Below, piece by piece: positions 12,939-24,679 of a DNA stretch of 58,672 nt (position 1 is the first letter of the stretch; every line of letters begins with the position of its first letter). This stretch comes from Pseudomonadota bacterium (GTDB lineage Bacteria; Pseudomonadota; Gammaproteobacteria; Enterobacterales; Enterobacteriaceae), in NCBI GenBank assembly GCA_041179305.1, contig JBEGTQ010000042.1, positions 1-58,672 on the forward strand, given 5' to 3'. A model generated the notes under the pieces. That model searched no databases. It was given only the letters and a program-made list of their open reading frames with translations, and was not told where the DNA came from. The translations under genes and the position numbers were made by a program.

Positions 12939-14066
12939 CTACGGCAAATGTGGTAAAGAAAGGTACTCTTCACTTTGCATCTCTTGCAACCGCGACAGGC
13001 AGCGTTGATATTCGAATTTAAGCCGTTCGCCGCTATAGATTTCAAACATTGATACCTCTGCGGCAATAATTAACTTCACTCGCCGCTCATAAAACTCATC
13101 AACCAATGCCAGAAAACGCCGTGCGGTATTCTCATCCCGCGCCGCCATACAGTGCACGTTATGCAGTAATACTGTGTGATAGAGCCTGGATAAGGCAATG
13201 TAATCCAGTTGGCTGCGAGCCTCTTCGCATAACGTATGGAAATCAACCGCCAGAACCCCTTGTGCCACACAGATAGCAGGCAACGGCCGGTGATTCACCT
13301 GCAATACCGGCGCACGCTCCCCGATTTTACCTGCCAATTTCACGAAAATATCCGCCATCGTCTGCTCAGTTTGTGCATTCAACGGTGTCAGGTAAAGGTT
13401 TGCCTGAGTCAAGGTGCGCAACCGGTAATCGATACCTGCATCAACGTTCACGACAGCACAATACTGCTTAATCAAAGAGATCGCCGGTAAGAAACGACTA
13501 CGTTGTAACCCATTGTGGTATAAACTATCCGGCGGAATATTGGAGGTAGCCACCAGCGTGATGCCTCTGGCAAAAAGTGCGTCCAATAATGTTGCCAGTA
13601 ACATAGCGTCAGTAATATCTGAGACAAAAAATTCGTCAAAACAGAGTACATCGGCCTGGGCTTTGAAACCATCGGCAACAATTTCTAACGGATCCTCATG
13701 ACCTTGCAGTTCTGTTAACTGTTGATGGACTCGCAACATAAAACGATGAAAATGTAAACGGAGTTTACGTTCACCGGGAACGCTGTGGAAAAACATGTCC
13801 ATCAACCAGGTTTTACCTCGCCCGACGCCGCCCCACATATAGATCCCCTGCACCGGGCGCACGGTCGTACGCGGCGTTGACCTCCCAATCAGCCGGTTCA
13901 GACGTCCCCACAAACCTACACTGACCGGTGGCATGTTTTGACGCTGGATAAGTTCCTGATAGAGGGTATCTAACCGCGCCACGGTGCGCCGTTGAACATC
14001 ATCAGGTTGATAGTTGCCGGCATCAAGTGCCTGCTGGTAAAGTGCTGTAGGTGTGCTCGGTTGCAT
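12939..14066 (-). CDS. zapE: Cell division ATPase ZapE (AFG1 family)
   Basis: Walker A GGVGRGKT, LCFDEF, RLHFHRFM; divergent from yhcB. Confidence 0.94.
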   Translation of the reverse strand: MQPSTPTALYQQALDAGNYQPDDVQRRTVARLDTLYQELIQRQNMPPVSVGLWGRLNRLIGRSTPRTTVRPVQGIYMWGGVGRGKTWLMDMFFHSVPGERKLRLHFHRFMLRVHQQLTELQGHEDPLEIVADGFKAQADVLCFDEFFVSDITDAMLLATLLDALFARGITLVATSNIPPDSLYHNGLQRSRFLPAISLIKQYCAVVNVDAGIDYRLRTLTQANLYLTPLNAQTEQTMADIFVKLAGKIGERAPVLQVNHRPLPAICVAQGVLAVDFHTLCEEARSQLDYIALSRLYHTVLLHNVHCMAARDENTARRFLALVDEFYERRVKLIIAAEVSMFEIYSGERLKFEYQRCLSRLQEMQSEEYLSLPHLP

Positions 14067-14288
14067 GTTTATCAACAATCCCTGATAAAATAGTTATCTA
14101 CTTTTTACTGCGTTTTTTTGCTGATTTATCGGTCAATCACAGCATTTAGCGACTCTATTCCTATGGAAGCAGCCTGACAACCATAAGCAATGTCGCATCA
14201 GGATTCCACTCAGACAAGGTTAACGGTTATAGTGGGTATTATTAAGTGAAAAAGTCTTGCTGAACAATGAAGTCAAAAAGGAGTCATC

Positions 14289-14693
14289 ATGACCTGGGAG
14301 TACGCACTTATTGGGTTAGTTGTTGGTGTTGTGATTGGCGCAGTGTCTATGCGCTTTGGCAACCGCAAATTACGTCAGCAGCAAGTGCTGCAAAATGAGC
14401 TGGAGAAAGGTAAGGCCGATTTAGAGGGTTATCGTCAGGAACTGGTTGGGCACTTCGCCCGCAGTGCTGAGTTGCTGGATAACATGGCTCGCGATTATCG
14501 CCAGCTCTATCAGCATATGGCGAAAAGCTCCAATAACCTATTACCTGACCTGCCGTTACAGGAGAACCCGTTCCGCTATCGTCTGACCGAATCTGAGGCA
14601 GATAACGATCAGGCTCCGGTAAAAATGCCACCGCGTGATTACTCGGAAGGCGCATCAGGTTTACTGCGTCCAGAACACCAAATCCGCGATTAA
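14289..14693 (+). CDS. yhcB: Inner-membrane envelope/division protein YhcB (ZapG)
   Basis: MTWEYALIGLVVG TM, then HFARSAELLD and PRDYSEGASGLL. Confidence 0.95.
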   Translation: MTWEYALIGLVVGVVIGAVSMRFGNRKLRQQQVLQNELEKGKADLEGYRQELVGHFARSAELLDNMARDYRQLYQHMAKSSNNLLPDLPLQENPFRYRLTESEADNDQAPVKMPPRDYSEGASGLLRPEHQIRD

Positions 14694-14696
14694 GCA

Positions 14697-14776
14697 CATA
14701 GACGCAGCGGGCTTCAAGATGCTGGAAGGCACAAGCAAGAGAATCCCGCAAGTCAGTGATTCGGGTGAGCGGGAGT
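14697..14776 (+). repeat. Truncated ERIC element
   Basis: TTCAAGATGCTGGAAGGC...AGAGAATCCCG...AGTCAGTGATTCGGGTGAGC matches the left and central ERIC consensus; the right arm is missing. Confidence 0.75.
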
Positions 14777-14782
14777 AAACCA

Positions 14783-14866
14783 CGCAACACCATTGCAGCG
14801 AAACCTACTGTAATTGCACTGAATGTCGTGCGTGGTGAAGGGAATATTGGCCTGTTAATACGGTCA
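14783..14866 (+). pseudogene. degQ: C-terminal remnant of periplasmic protease DegQ
   Basis: Translates RNTIAAKPTVIALNVVRGEGNIGLLIR, resembling the DegQ PDZ2 C-terminus (AKPxVIALNIVRGxxxIYLLxR), in the yhcB-degQ-degS slot; TCA sits where the stop would be. Confidence 0.85.
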
Positions 14867-14954
14867 TTTGCAGAAAAAATAAGACACAGCACAATGCTGT
14901 GTCCACCAACCCATGCTATCCTCGTGCTATCCATACATTCACGCCTTAAACCTC

Positions 14955-16049
14955 ATGTTTCTTAAGCTGTTGCGTTCTATTATTTTGGGCCTAATTATTG
15001 CCGGTGTCTTGCTGGTCGCAATGCCTGTGCTTCGCAATGCTGGCCACTTCTTCTCCACTAATGGCACTGCCTCAGATCAAGAGGCGCCTGTCAGCTATAA
15101 CCAGGCCGTACGCCGTGCAGCACCGGCGGTAGTGTATGTGTATAACCGCAGTCTCGGTTTCCCGCAAGAAGGGCTGTCCATCCGTACGCTGGGTTCTGGC
15201 GTGATTATGAGTGATAAGGGCTATATTTTAACCAATAAGCACGTTATCAATAATGCTGAGCAGATCATTGTGGCATTACAAAATGGCCGCGTATACGAGG
15301 CGTTACTGGTTGGTTCCGATAGCCTGACTGATTTAGCTGTACTGAAAATTGATGCCGCAAATCTGCCAATAATTCCCATTAATATTAACCCCACACCGCA
15401 CATTGGTGATGTAGTGCTGGCAATCGGTAACCCTTATAACCTCGGCCAGACCGTGACGCAGGGTATTATCAGTGCCACCGGACGTATTGGTTTGAGTGAC
15501 TCCGGGCGACAAAACTTCCTTCAGACCGATGCCTCCATCAACCAGGGTAATTCCGGTGGTGCGCTGGTGAATACCTTAGGCGAACTCATGGGGATTAATA
15601 CCTTATCCTTTGATAAAAGTAGCAATGGTGAAACACCGGAAGGTATTGGCTTTGCCATTCCAACCGCGCTGGCGACCAAAGTGATGGAAAAACTTATCCG
15701 TGACGGACGGGTGATCCGCGGTTATATCGGCATCACCGGCGAGAAATATCCACCATTCAATGCCAGCGGAAATAGTACAGATCAAATACACGGAATTAAG
15801 GTCAACGCTATATCAGTAAATGGCCCGGCAGCAGAGGCAGGCTTGAAGGTTGGCGATATTATTCTTAGTGTTAATAACAAACCAGCGACATCCGTTGTGG
15901 AAACTATGGATCAGGTAGCAGAAGTCCGTCCAGGCACCACCATTCCTGTTTTATTATTACGCAATGGTCAGCAACTTACAGTGCAAATCATTATCAGTGA
16001 GTTAGACCAGAATGCCGTGCTGGGTCATCGGCCAACAGCGCAACGGTAA
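14955..16049 (+). CDS. degS: Outer-membrane stress sensor protease DegS
   Basis: N-terminal TM, TNKHVI, DLAVLKI and GNSGG catalytic-triad motifs, single PDZ. Confidence 0.95.
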   Translation: MFLKLLRSIILGLIIAGVLLVAMPVLRNAGHFFSTNGTASDQEAPVSYNQAVRRAAPAVVYVYNRSLGFPQEGLSIRTLGSGVIMSDKGYILTNKHVINNAEQIIVALQNGRVYEALLVGSDSLTDLAVLKIDAANLPIIPININPTPHIGDVVLAIGNPYNLGQTVTQGIISATGRIGLSDSGRQNFLQTDASINQGNSGGALVNTLGELMGINTLSFDKSSNGETPEGIGFAIPTALATKVMEKLIRDGRVIRGYIGITGEKYPPFNASGNSTDQIHGIKVNAISVNGPAAEAGLKVGDIILSVNNKPATSVVETMDQVAEVRPGTTIPVLLLRNGQQLTVQIIISELDQNAVLGHRPTAQR

Positions 16050-16110
16050 GATCCTATGCCAGCCCGATATCATCCTGCTGGCATCTGTTCTTTAGCGCTT
16101 AAACGAAAGC

Positions 16111-17397
<1,287 letters not shown>

Positions 17398-17482
17398 TCA
17401 AAATACCAGTGTCAAATTCAAATTCACCGCCCGCTTTAGAAACTGTTTACGGCACTTGTAGACAGCACATGAGCCAACAGTA

Positions 17483-17737
17483 TTAAAAGCCGTTTAGTTT
17501 GCGATCTCGTTGCCACTCTTGGGGCGTATAAGCCTTGATGGATAAGGCATGAATACGGTTATCAGCGATATATTCCATCAGCGGCGCATAAACAGCCTGC
17601 TGTTTCTTTACCCGGCTCATGTCGGCAAATAGCTCACCGACTGCAATCACCTGAAAGTGGCTGCCTTCGCCTGTCACATGAACTTCTTGCAATGCTAACG
17701 CGTTCATCAGCACGTCTTTAATTTCGTTAGTATCCAT
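17483..17737 (-). CDS. ibaG: BolA-family protein IbaG (YrbA)
   Basis: [24 protein letters not shown]; upstream of murA. Confidence 0.94.
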   Translation of the reverse strand: MDTNEIKDVLMNALALQEVHVTGEGSHFQVIAVGELFADMSRVKKQQAVYAPLMEYIADNRIHALSIKAYTPQEWQRDRKLNGF

Positions 17738-17830
17738 AAGATTCAGTCTATTTTAAGAGGATAGTTGTTTTTAAGAGAAGCATAGTCAGGCAAACATACT
17801 AGTGGAATACGGCTTGATCCGGAACTAAAG

Positions 17831-17865
17831 AAAGGCCCCTGTTGCGTTATTACCTACAGGGGCCT
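17831..17865 (-). terminator. Hairpin/terminator after mlaB
   Basis: AGGCCCCTGT...ACAGGGGCCT inverted repeat. Confidence 0.6.
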
Positions 17866-17915
17866 GAATATCTTTAGTTTTTGGCACAGACGACACAAAC
17901 AGTCGTTTAACTTAA

Positions 17916-18218
17916 CTACAGGGCAGTTTCCACCAGAATGATATCCTGGAGATTATACAGATCAATCAAGGTCAACAGGCGATCACTGATACCGATGATA
18001 GTAAGTGAAACACCTTGCCTGGCTCGCAACTCGCGAAAATGCACCAATAATGCCAAACCAGATGAATCGACATGCTGTAATTGACTGACATCAATATGCG
18101 TCTTATCAACCAACAATGACCCGCGCTGCTGCCAAAGCGGGAGCAACGTTTCACGATCCAACTCACCTTGCAGTACCAAAGTATTTTGCCGAGACTGCCA
18201 GCGTAGTTCGCCTGCCAT
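17916..18218 (-). CDS. mlaB: MlaB STAS subunit
   Basis: GELDRETLLPLW, VDSSGLALL. Confidence 0.93.
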   Translation of the reverse strand: MAGELRWQSRQNTLVLQGELDRETLLPLWQQRGSLLVDKTHIDVSQLQHVDSSGLALLVHFRELRARQGVSLTIIGISDRLLTLIDLYNLQDIILVETAL

Positions 18219-18220
18219 AA

Positions 18221-18847
18221 TTATTGTTTATCTAACGTAATTGGCTGTTTTGCAGCATTCAACAACTGCTGAGTCAGGCCATCAATCCCTTGCTGACGCA
18301 GGATAGAGGCCCATTCATTCTGTTTGGTGCTGATCATACTCACCCCTTCGGCGATCATATCATAAGCCTGCCAGTTGCCGGTTTGGCTGTTTTTACGCCA
18401 CTGAAAATCAAGGCGAATTGGTGGGCGACCATTTGGATCAACAATAGTGACACGAATGGCAACAATATTGTCATCACCCAGCGGCCGATCTGGTGCAATA
18501 TTGTAACTCTGGCCGTGGTACAGCGCCAACGCCTGACCGTATGTCTGTTCCAGATATTTACCGAACGCATCGAAGTAGGCTTCGCGTTGTGCCGCAGTTG
18601 CGGCTTTATAGTAGCTGCCTAACACTAATGCACCGGCATACTTGATCTGAACAAACGGCAACAGCTCTTCACGCACGACGGTACGTAAATAATCTGGATT
18701 CTGCTTAATTTTAGGTTGTTCAGTTTTCAGACGCGTAAACGTTCTTTGCGCGGCTTCATCCATCATGCGATATGGGTTAGTTTGATCGACCGCATTAGCC
18801 AGAGGTGCGACGACCAACAATGCGGCTATAAGTAAACATTTTAACAT
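18221..18847 (-). CDS. mlaC: Periplasmic phospholipid shuttle MlaC
   Basis: Signal peptide, [13 protein letters not shown]. Confidence 0.95.
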   Translation of the reverse strand: MLKCLLIAALLVVAPLANAVDQTNPYRMMDEAAQRTFTRLKTEQPKIKQNPDYLRTVVREELLPFVQIKYAGALVLGSYYKAATAAQREAYFDAFGKYLEQTYGQALALYHGQSYNIAPDRPLGDDNIVAIRVTIVDPNGRPPIRLDFQWRKNSQTGNWQAYDMIAEGVSMISTKQNEWASILRQQGIDGLTQQLLNAAKQPITLDKQ

Positions 18848-18857
18848 TCAGATACCC

Positions 18858-19409
18858 CTAAGGATGTTGAGTTACAGGTAATTTGCCATTTTCAGCAGAT
18901 GCGGGAGCAGGTTCGCCAGTTGCGTTATTAGAATTGCCGCTCCCACCACTCCTGTATAAAAATTGACCAATAAGATCTTCCAGAACCAGTGCAGACTTGG
19001 TGTCTTGAATTATGCCGCCATCTTTCACGATGCCAGTACCCATTTCAGGATCTTCAAAACCGACACTCAATGCCAGAAATTGTTCACCCAATAAGCCAGA
19101 GGTGCGTACAGCCAGTGAGCTGGTGTCTGGTATATGGTTATAACGTTGCTGAATATCTATCGCTACACGCGGTGTATAGTTTTTGGTATCCAGCATAATT
19201 TTCGCCACCCGACCCACGACCACGCCGCCAATTTTGACGGGCGAATTGGTTTTCAAGCCGCCGACATTGTCAAAATCTGCATAAATGCGATAGGTTGGTT
19301 GATTACCCACTGACTTTATATTCGCCACTTTCAGGCAGAGAAATACGATAGCCAGAATAGCTATCAACATAAACAGCCCTACCCAGACTTCACTTTTCTT
19401 CGTTTGCAT
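18858..19409 (-). CDS. mlaD: MCE-domain protein MlaD
   Basis: MQTKKSEVWVG, FDNVGGLK, TSGLLGEQF. Confidence 0.95.
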   Translation of the reverse strand: MQTKKSEVWVGLFMLIAILAIVFLCLKVANIKSVGNQPTYRIYADFDNVGGLKTNSPVKIGGVVVGRVAKIMLDTKNYTPRVAIDIQQRYNHIPDTSSLAVRTSGLLGEQFLALSVGFEDPEMGTGIVKDGGIIQDTKSALVLEDLIGQFLYRSGGSGNSNNATGEPAPASAENGKLPVTQHP

Positions 19410-19413
19410 CGAC

Positions 19414-20196
19414 TCAATTCCCAAACATCAGTGCTGTTAGCACAAAATCTAATCCCAATACCGCCAGTGATGAATGCACCACGGTACGGGTCGTTGCACG
19501 GCTAATCCCTCCTGACGTTGGAACCGCATCATAACCATTGAACAACGCAATCCAGGTCACAGTAATCGCAAATACCAGACTCTTAATCAGACAATTCAGT
19601 AAATCTTTACGCCAATCAACAGCATTTTGCATAGCCGACCAAAAGAAGCCAGCGTCAATCCCTTTCCAATCAACCCCAACGACTGACCCGCCCCAAATAC
19701 CGACGGCAACAAAAATAGCGGTCAGCAGTGGCATACTGATAAGCCCCGCCCAGAAGCGAGGCGCAACCACACGCCGCAGGGGGTCGATAGCCATCATTTC
19801 CAGACTGGAAATCTGCTCAGTGGCTTTCATCAAACCAATTTCTGCGGTCAGCGCTGAACCAGCACGACCAGCAAACAGCAACGCGGTCACCACCGGCCCC
19901 AGCTCACGCAACAGCGATAAGGAAACCATCATGCCAAGGCTGGCTTCAGCACTGTAAGTCGTGAGGATCAAAAAACCCTGTAATCCGATAACCATGCCGA
20001 TAAACAAGCCAGAAACAACGATAATCAGTAGCGATTGCACTCCGACGCTATAGAGCTGTTTGATTAACAATGGCCACTGTTTTCGCGGCTCTGGCCGCCC
20101 GACAAGGGCATTTAATAGCATTAAACCTGCGCGACCAAAGGATGCGCAGACATCAATTCCCCTACGTCCTAAAGACGCTAACGCCTGTACTAACAT
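19414..20196 (-). CDS. mlaE: ABC permease MlaE
   Basis: [25 protein letters not shown]. Confidence 0.96.
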   Translation of the reverse strand: MLVQALASLGRRGIDVCASFGRAGLMLLNALVGRPEPRKQWPLLIKQLYSVGVQSLLIIVVSGLFIGMVIGLQGFLILTTYSAEASLGMMVSLSLLRELGPVVTALLFAGRAGSALTAEIGLMKATEQISSLEMMAIDPLRRVVAPRFWAGLISMPLLTAIFVAVGIWGGSVVGVDWKGIDAGFFWSAMQNAVDWRKDLLNCLIKSLVFAITVTWIALFNGYDAVPTSGGISRATTRTVVHSSLAVLGLDFVLTALMFGN

Positions 20197-20212
20197 GAAT
20201 ACTCCATCAGCC

Positions 20213-20426
20213 TATACCTTTAGTACGTAAAGCGGCAGATGTGTTAGCGACACGTGCCACTCAAATCACTTACCTGTAGTTGACCTGACATAAATAAGCT
20301 CATCAGGATTATGAACCTCATTGGAAGTTCACCCTATGAGCCAGCCAAAGCGCCATTCAAAATAGTTTACAACCCTATTGGTCGTTCGCTTGTTGCCTTC
20401 CTGTAACGCCAATTACTTTGTGTAAA
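20213..20426 (-). repeat. Enlarged ERIC element with internal insertion, overlapping the mlaF stop
   Basis: TATACC...GCAGATGTGTTAGC...TCACTTAC...TAAGCTCATCAGGATT [~70 bp extra] CGCTTGTTGCCTTCCTGTAACGCCAATTACTTTGTGTA, the reverse complement of the ERIC consensus. Confidence 0.75.
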
Positions 20427-21222
20427 ATAGCTCAGTTTTATAATCCCCTGCGGGGAAACGGAAAGGCACCGGTCCATCGGCAATGCCATCAAGGAATTGG
20501 CGCACCCGTTTATCACCATTGGTTTGTAACTGTTCAGACGTCCCTTCTGCAATAACATGCTGATCAGCAACGATATAGGCATAGTCAGCAATACTAAGCA
20601 CCTCAGGCACATCATGAGAAACCACCACACAAGTCACCCCCAACGCATGATTCAGTTCATCAATCAGTTTGACCAGTACACCCATCGTAATCGGATCCTG
20701 ACCCACAAACGGTTCATCAAACAGAATCAGTTCAGGATCAAGGGCAATCGCCCGCGCCAGCGCAGCGCGACGCGCCATACCACCAGAAAGCTCGGCGGGC
20801 ATCAAATTGGCCGCACCGCGTAAACCAACTGCGTCCAGTTTCATCATTACCGTGCTATGCAACAGTTCTTCCGGCAAATGGCTGTGTTCACGTAATGGGA
20901 AAGCCACATTCTCAAATACGGTTAAATCGGTGAATAACGCCCCTGATTGAAACAGCATGCTCATTTTTTTACGCACATCATACAAACGCTGACGTGAAAG
21001 TGCCGGAATATTATCACCATCGAACCAGATTTCACCAATATCAGGTGTCAGTTGCCCACCAATCAGGCGTAACAAGGTAGTTTTACCTATGCCTGAAGGC
21101 CCCATAATCGCAGTCACTTTGCCGCGCGGAACCGTCATATTGATATCGGCGAATATAGAACGTTCACCACGGGTAAAACTCATCCCGCGGATCTCTATCA
21201 AATTCGACGCCTGTGGGTTCAT
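20413..21222 (-). CDS. mlaF: ABC ATPase MlaF
   Basis: GPSGIGKT, LSGGM, FDEPFVGQDP. Confidence 0.96.
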   Translation of the reverse strand: MNPQASNLIEIRGMSFTRGERSIFADINMTVPRGKVTAIMGPSGIGKTTLLRLIGGQLTPDIGEIWFDGDNIPALSRQRLYDVRKKMSMLFQSGALFTDLTVFENVAFPLREHSHLPEELLHSTVMMKLDAVGLRGAANLMPAELSGGMARRAALARAIALDPELILFDEPFVGQDPITMGVLVKLIDELNHALGVTCVVVSHDVPEVLSIADYAYIVADQHVIAEGTSEQLQTNGDKRVRQFLDGIADGPVPFRFPAGDYKTELFYTK

Positions 21223-21502
21223 TATTATTCATTCCTTAAGGCCATTAATGACTCGTCTTGACACCAATGCTACATCAAATGGCAGCAACGAGCGCAAATT
21301 AGAAGTATTTTGACAATTTATTAACGTTTTTTCGACGTCAGCGTTGTCATAAATTTTACTTTTCTGGTTCTCACAGTCAAAATTAAAGCCTAATTAAAGA
21401 AAGCGTAAAGCGTATTTCTGACCATTGTCGCCCTGCGGCTCACATTTACCTACAGCCAGCTTCTTTCAACGGACTGGGATCATACCTGACAAAGGACTCT
21501 GC

Positions 21503-22477
21503 ATGTTTCTTGCGATAACACTATTAATCATTGGCTTGATTTTATTAGTGTATGGCGCTGATCGATTAGTCTACGGCGCTGCGGTGTTATCCCGTTCTTT
21601 CGGCATCCCGCCATTAATTATCGGGATGACCATCGTCGGTATCGGCACATCACTACCCGAGTTGATTATTTCAGTGACGGCAGCTCTTAACGATCAAACC
21701 GATATGGCGGTGGGGAACGTGCTTGGTTCAAACATTACCAACCTGTTGTTGATTGTAGGGGGAGCCGCCCTTATCCGCCAACTGACGGTGCGTTCAGAGA
21801 TCCTACAGCGTGAACTGCCATTGATGTTGGTGGTCACCGTGCTGTGCGGCTTTCTGCTGGCTGATAATCATCTAAGCCACGGGGATGGCGTTATCTTGCT
21901 GCTGGCGGCGGCGATATTTATCCTTTTAATGCTAAAAATCAGGCGTCTGGCATATGCTCAAGGGAACGACATCCTGACCCGCGAGCAACTCGCTGAATTA
22001 CCACAGGACAGTAGCAACACCGTCGCATTATTGTGGCTGGTTCTGGCCTTCATTATTTTGCCGCTATCAGCCAGAATGATTATAGATAATGCCACGGTTA
22101 TTGCCAGAGTGGCGGGTGTCAGTGAACTGGTTATTGGCCTGACGGTAATGGCTATCGGCACCAGCCTACCTGAATTGGCGACGCTCATCGCAGGTGCGCT
22201 GAAAGGGGAAGATGATATGGCTATTGGTAACATCATCGGCTCAAATATTTTCAATATCGTGATTGTTCTGGGGGTCTGCGCCTTGCTGTCACCGGGAGAC
22301 ATCAATCCCGAGGCTTTCCAGCGTGATTATTGGGTGATGCTCGGCGTCAGCGTGGTGTTCACGTTGTTGTGTCTGGGGCGTAAACATCGAATCGGCCGTA
22401 TGGCCGGCACTCTGTTATTATGTGGTTTTATCGCTTATCTTGCGGTGCTGTTTTTTGTACCATTCAATGCGGCATAA
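21503..22477 (+). CDS. yrbG: Ca2+/Na+ antiporter YrbG
   Basis: Two GTSLPEL and G(N)xxGSNI alpha repeats; ATG 21503 after AAGGA. Confidence 0.93.
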   Translation: MFLAITLLIIGLILLVYGADRLVYGAAVLSRSFGIPPLIIGMTIVGIGTSLPELIISVTAALNDQTDMAVGNVLGSNITNLLLIVGGAALIRQLTVRSEILQRELPLMLVVTVLCGFLLADNHLSHGDGVILLLAAAIFILLMLKIRRLAYAQGNDILTREQLAELPQDSSNTVALLWLVLAFIILPLSARMIIDNATVIARVAGVSELVIGLTVMAIGTSLPELATLIAGALKGEDDMAIGNIIGSNIFNIVIVLGVCALLSPGDINPEAFQRDYWVMLGVSVVFTLLCLGRKHRIGRMAGTLLLCGFIAYLAVLFFVPFNAA

Positions 22478-22507
22478 CATAAACAACACCGCATACAGGA
22501 ACCAAAT

Positions 22508-23494
22508 ATGTCTACTTTTGATTTACAAAGAGGAATGAATTTCCAGCAGGCGGGTAAACAGGTATTACACATTGAGCGCGAGGGGTTGGCACAACTCGAT
22601 CAATACATTAATGACGATTTCGCTAAAGCCTGTGAGGCAATTTTTAACTGTCATGGCAAAGTCGTGGTGATGGGAATGGGTAAATCCGGGCATATTGGTT
22701 GCAAGATTGCCGCCACTTTAGCCAGCACCGGAACACCCGCATTTTTTGTTCATCCGGGCGAGGCCAGCCACGGTGACCTTGGCATGGTGACACCACAGGA
22801 CATTGTGTTAGCCGTCTCCAACTCAGGAGAATCCAACGAAATTCTCGCACTGATCCCGGTACTCAAGCGCCAGAGAATCCCGCTGATCTGTATGAGTAAT
22901 AACCACAATAGTAGCATGGGTAAAGCTGCTGATATTCATTTGTGCATTAAAGTGCCACAAGAAGCTTGTCCATTAGGTTTGGCTCCGACCTCCAGCACCA
23001 CCGCCACACTGGTGATGGGTGATGCGCTAGCGGTCGCATTGCTGCAAGCGCGTGGTTTCACTCATGAAAATTTTGCTCTCTCCCACCCAGGCGGCACACT
23101 GGGGCGCAAATTGCTGTTACAGATCAGCGATATTATGCACACCGGTGCAGATATTCCTCGCGTCAGCCCCGACGCTTCGTTACGGGATGTCCTACTGGAA
23201 ATTACTCGGCATAATCTGGGATTAACCGTAATCTGTGACGATTTAATGATGATTAAAGGTATCTTTACCGACGGTGACTTGCGCCGAGTATTTGATATGG
23301 ACATTGATCTGAATAACGCGAAAATTGCGGATCTTATGACGGCTGGTGGCATCCGAGTACCACCAACCATGCTGGCGGTGGATGCCCTCAACCTGATGGA
23401 ATCACGTCATATTACCGCTCTGCTGGTGGCTGATGGTGATCAATTGTTGGGTGTGGTGCATATGCACGACATGCTGAGAGCGGGCGTCGTCTGA
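22508..23494 (+). CDS. kdsD: Arabinose-5-phosphate isomerase
   Basis: GMGKSGHIG, HPGEASHGDLG SIS domain plus CBS pair. Confidence 0.96.
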   Translation: MSTFDLQRGMNFQQAGKQVLHIEREGLAQLDQYINDDFAKACEAIFNCHGKVVVMGMGKSGHIGCKIAATLASTGTPAFFVHPGEASHGDLGMVTPQDIVLAVSNSGESNEILALIPVLKRQRIPLICMSNNHNSSMGKAADIHLCIKVPQEACPLGLAPTSSTTATLVMGDALAVALLQARGFTHENFALSHPGGTLGRKLLLQISDIMHTGADIPRVSPDASLRDVLLEITRHNLGLTVICDDLMMIKGIFTDGDLRRVFDMDIDLNNAKIADLMTAGGIRVPPTMLAVDALNLMESRHITALLVADGDQLLGVVHMHDMLRAGVV

Positions 23495-23519
23495 CAGGCT
23501 GGATATTGAATAAGCACAA

Positions 23520-23558
23520 GCAGCTAACAACACTGCAACCTCAAGTAAGAAGGGTATA
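23520..23558 (+). repeat. Right arm of an ERIC abutting the kdsC start codon
   Basis: GCAGCTAACAACACTGCAACCTCAAGTAAGAAGGGTATA directly before ATG. Confidence 0.7.
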
Positions 23559-24122
23559 ATGAGTGAAACTGTATATTTGGACACATGCTATGGACCGGTC
23601 GCAAGCAGCGTGATGCAGCACGCGGCGAAAATTCGCTTGCTGATCTGTGATGTTGATGGGGTAATGTCCGATGGCCTGATTTATATGGGTAATCAGGGCG
23701 AAGAACTGAAAGCATTCAATGTACGTGATGGCTATGGCATCCGCTGCCTGCTAACCTCTGGTATTGAAGTAGCTATTATTACTGGCCGTCAGGCCAAATT
23801 ATTGCAAGATCGCGCTAACACATTGGGCATTACCCACCTTTATCAAGGGCAATCTGATAAGATGGTCGCCTATAACGAATTATTGGCTGTATTACAATGT
23901 GAGCCTGAACAAGTAGCTTATATTGGTGATGACCTAATTGATTGGCCGGTAATGGCCCGTGTTGGATTATCGGTTGCCGTGGCAGATGCTCATCCGTTAC
24001 TGCTGCCAAAAGCGCAGTATGTCACACATATTAATGGTGGGCGCGGCGCGGTACGTGAAGTCTGTGATTTAATATTATTGGCTCAAGGTAAGCTTGACGA
24101 TGCTAAAGGGTTGTCTATATGA
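23559..24122 (+). CDS. kdsC: KDO-8-phosphate phosphatase
   Basis: DVDGVMSDG and GDDLID HAD motifs, GGRGAVRE. Confidence 0.96.
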   Translation: MSETVYLDTCYGPVASSVMQHAAKIRLLICDVDGVMSDGLIYMGNQGEELKAFNVRDGYGIRCLLTSGIEVAIITGRQAKLLQDRANTLGITHLYQGQSDKMVAYNELLAVLQCEPEQVAYIGDDLIDWPVMARVGLSVAVADAHPLLLPKAQYVTHINGGRGAVREVCDLILLAQGKLDDAKGLSI

Positions 24123-24679
24123 GTACAACAATACGCTGGATAACCCTATTTCTGGCACTGGTTGCGTTGGCACTAATTGGCTGGGACATGTCCGTTTTTA
24201 ATCCGCGGAACACCGAACCCACTGATAATAATGAGGCATCCTCGCAGAGCGAACATACTGTGACCGTTGTTTTTAATCCGATCGGGCAATTAAATTACAA
24301 ATTGGTGGCAGAAAACGTTCAAAACTTCAGCGCTCAGGAGTTAACCTGGTTTGCGAAACCGGTCATGACCTTGTTCGATGAAAATGCGGTCGCTATCTGG
24401 GCAGTGCGAGCCGATCGCGCCAAGCTGACCAATGATAAAATGCTCTACTTGTATGGCCATGTTGAAGTCGATAACCTGGCCCCAGACGCACAACTACAAA
24501 AAATCAAAACCGACAACGCCCAGATTAATTTGATCACTCAGGATGTATCTTCAGATGATCAAGTTACCCTATTTGGCGTTGGATTTACATCTAACGGTAT
24601 GAAAATGCGTGGAAACTTGCGGGACAAAACCGCCGAACTGATTGAAAAGGTGAAAACCGCTTATGAAATCCAAAAATAA
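24119..24679 (+). CDS. lptC: LPS export protein LptC
   Basis: N-terminal TM, LYLYGHVEV, MRGNLR; operon position. Confidence 0.94.
   Translation: MSTTIRWITLFLALVALALIGWDMSVFNPRNTEPTDNNEASSQSEHTVTVVFNPIGQLNYKLVAENVQNFSAQELTWFAKPVMTLFDENAVAIWAVRADRAKLTNDKMLYLYGHVEVDNLAPDAQLQKIKTDNAQINLITQDVSSDDQVTLFGVGFTSNGMKMRGNLRDKTAELIEKVKTAYEIQK

Noticed and set aside
14347-14934. 195-aa minus-strand ORF
   Set aside because: Antisense shadow across yhcB, the ERIC and the degQ stub; no recognisable motifs.
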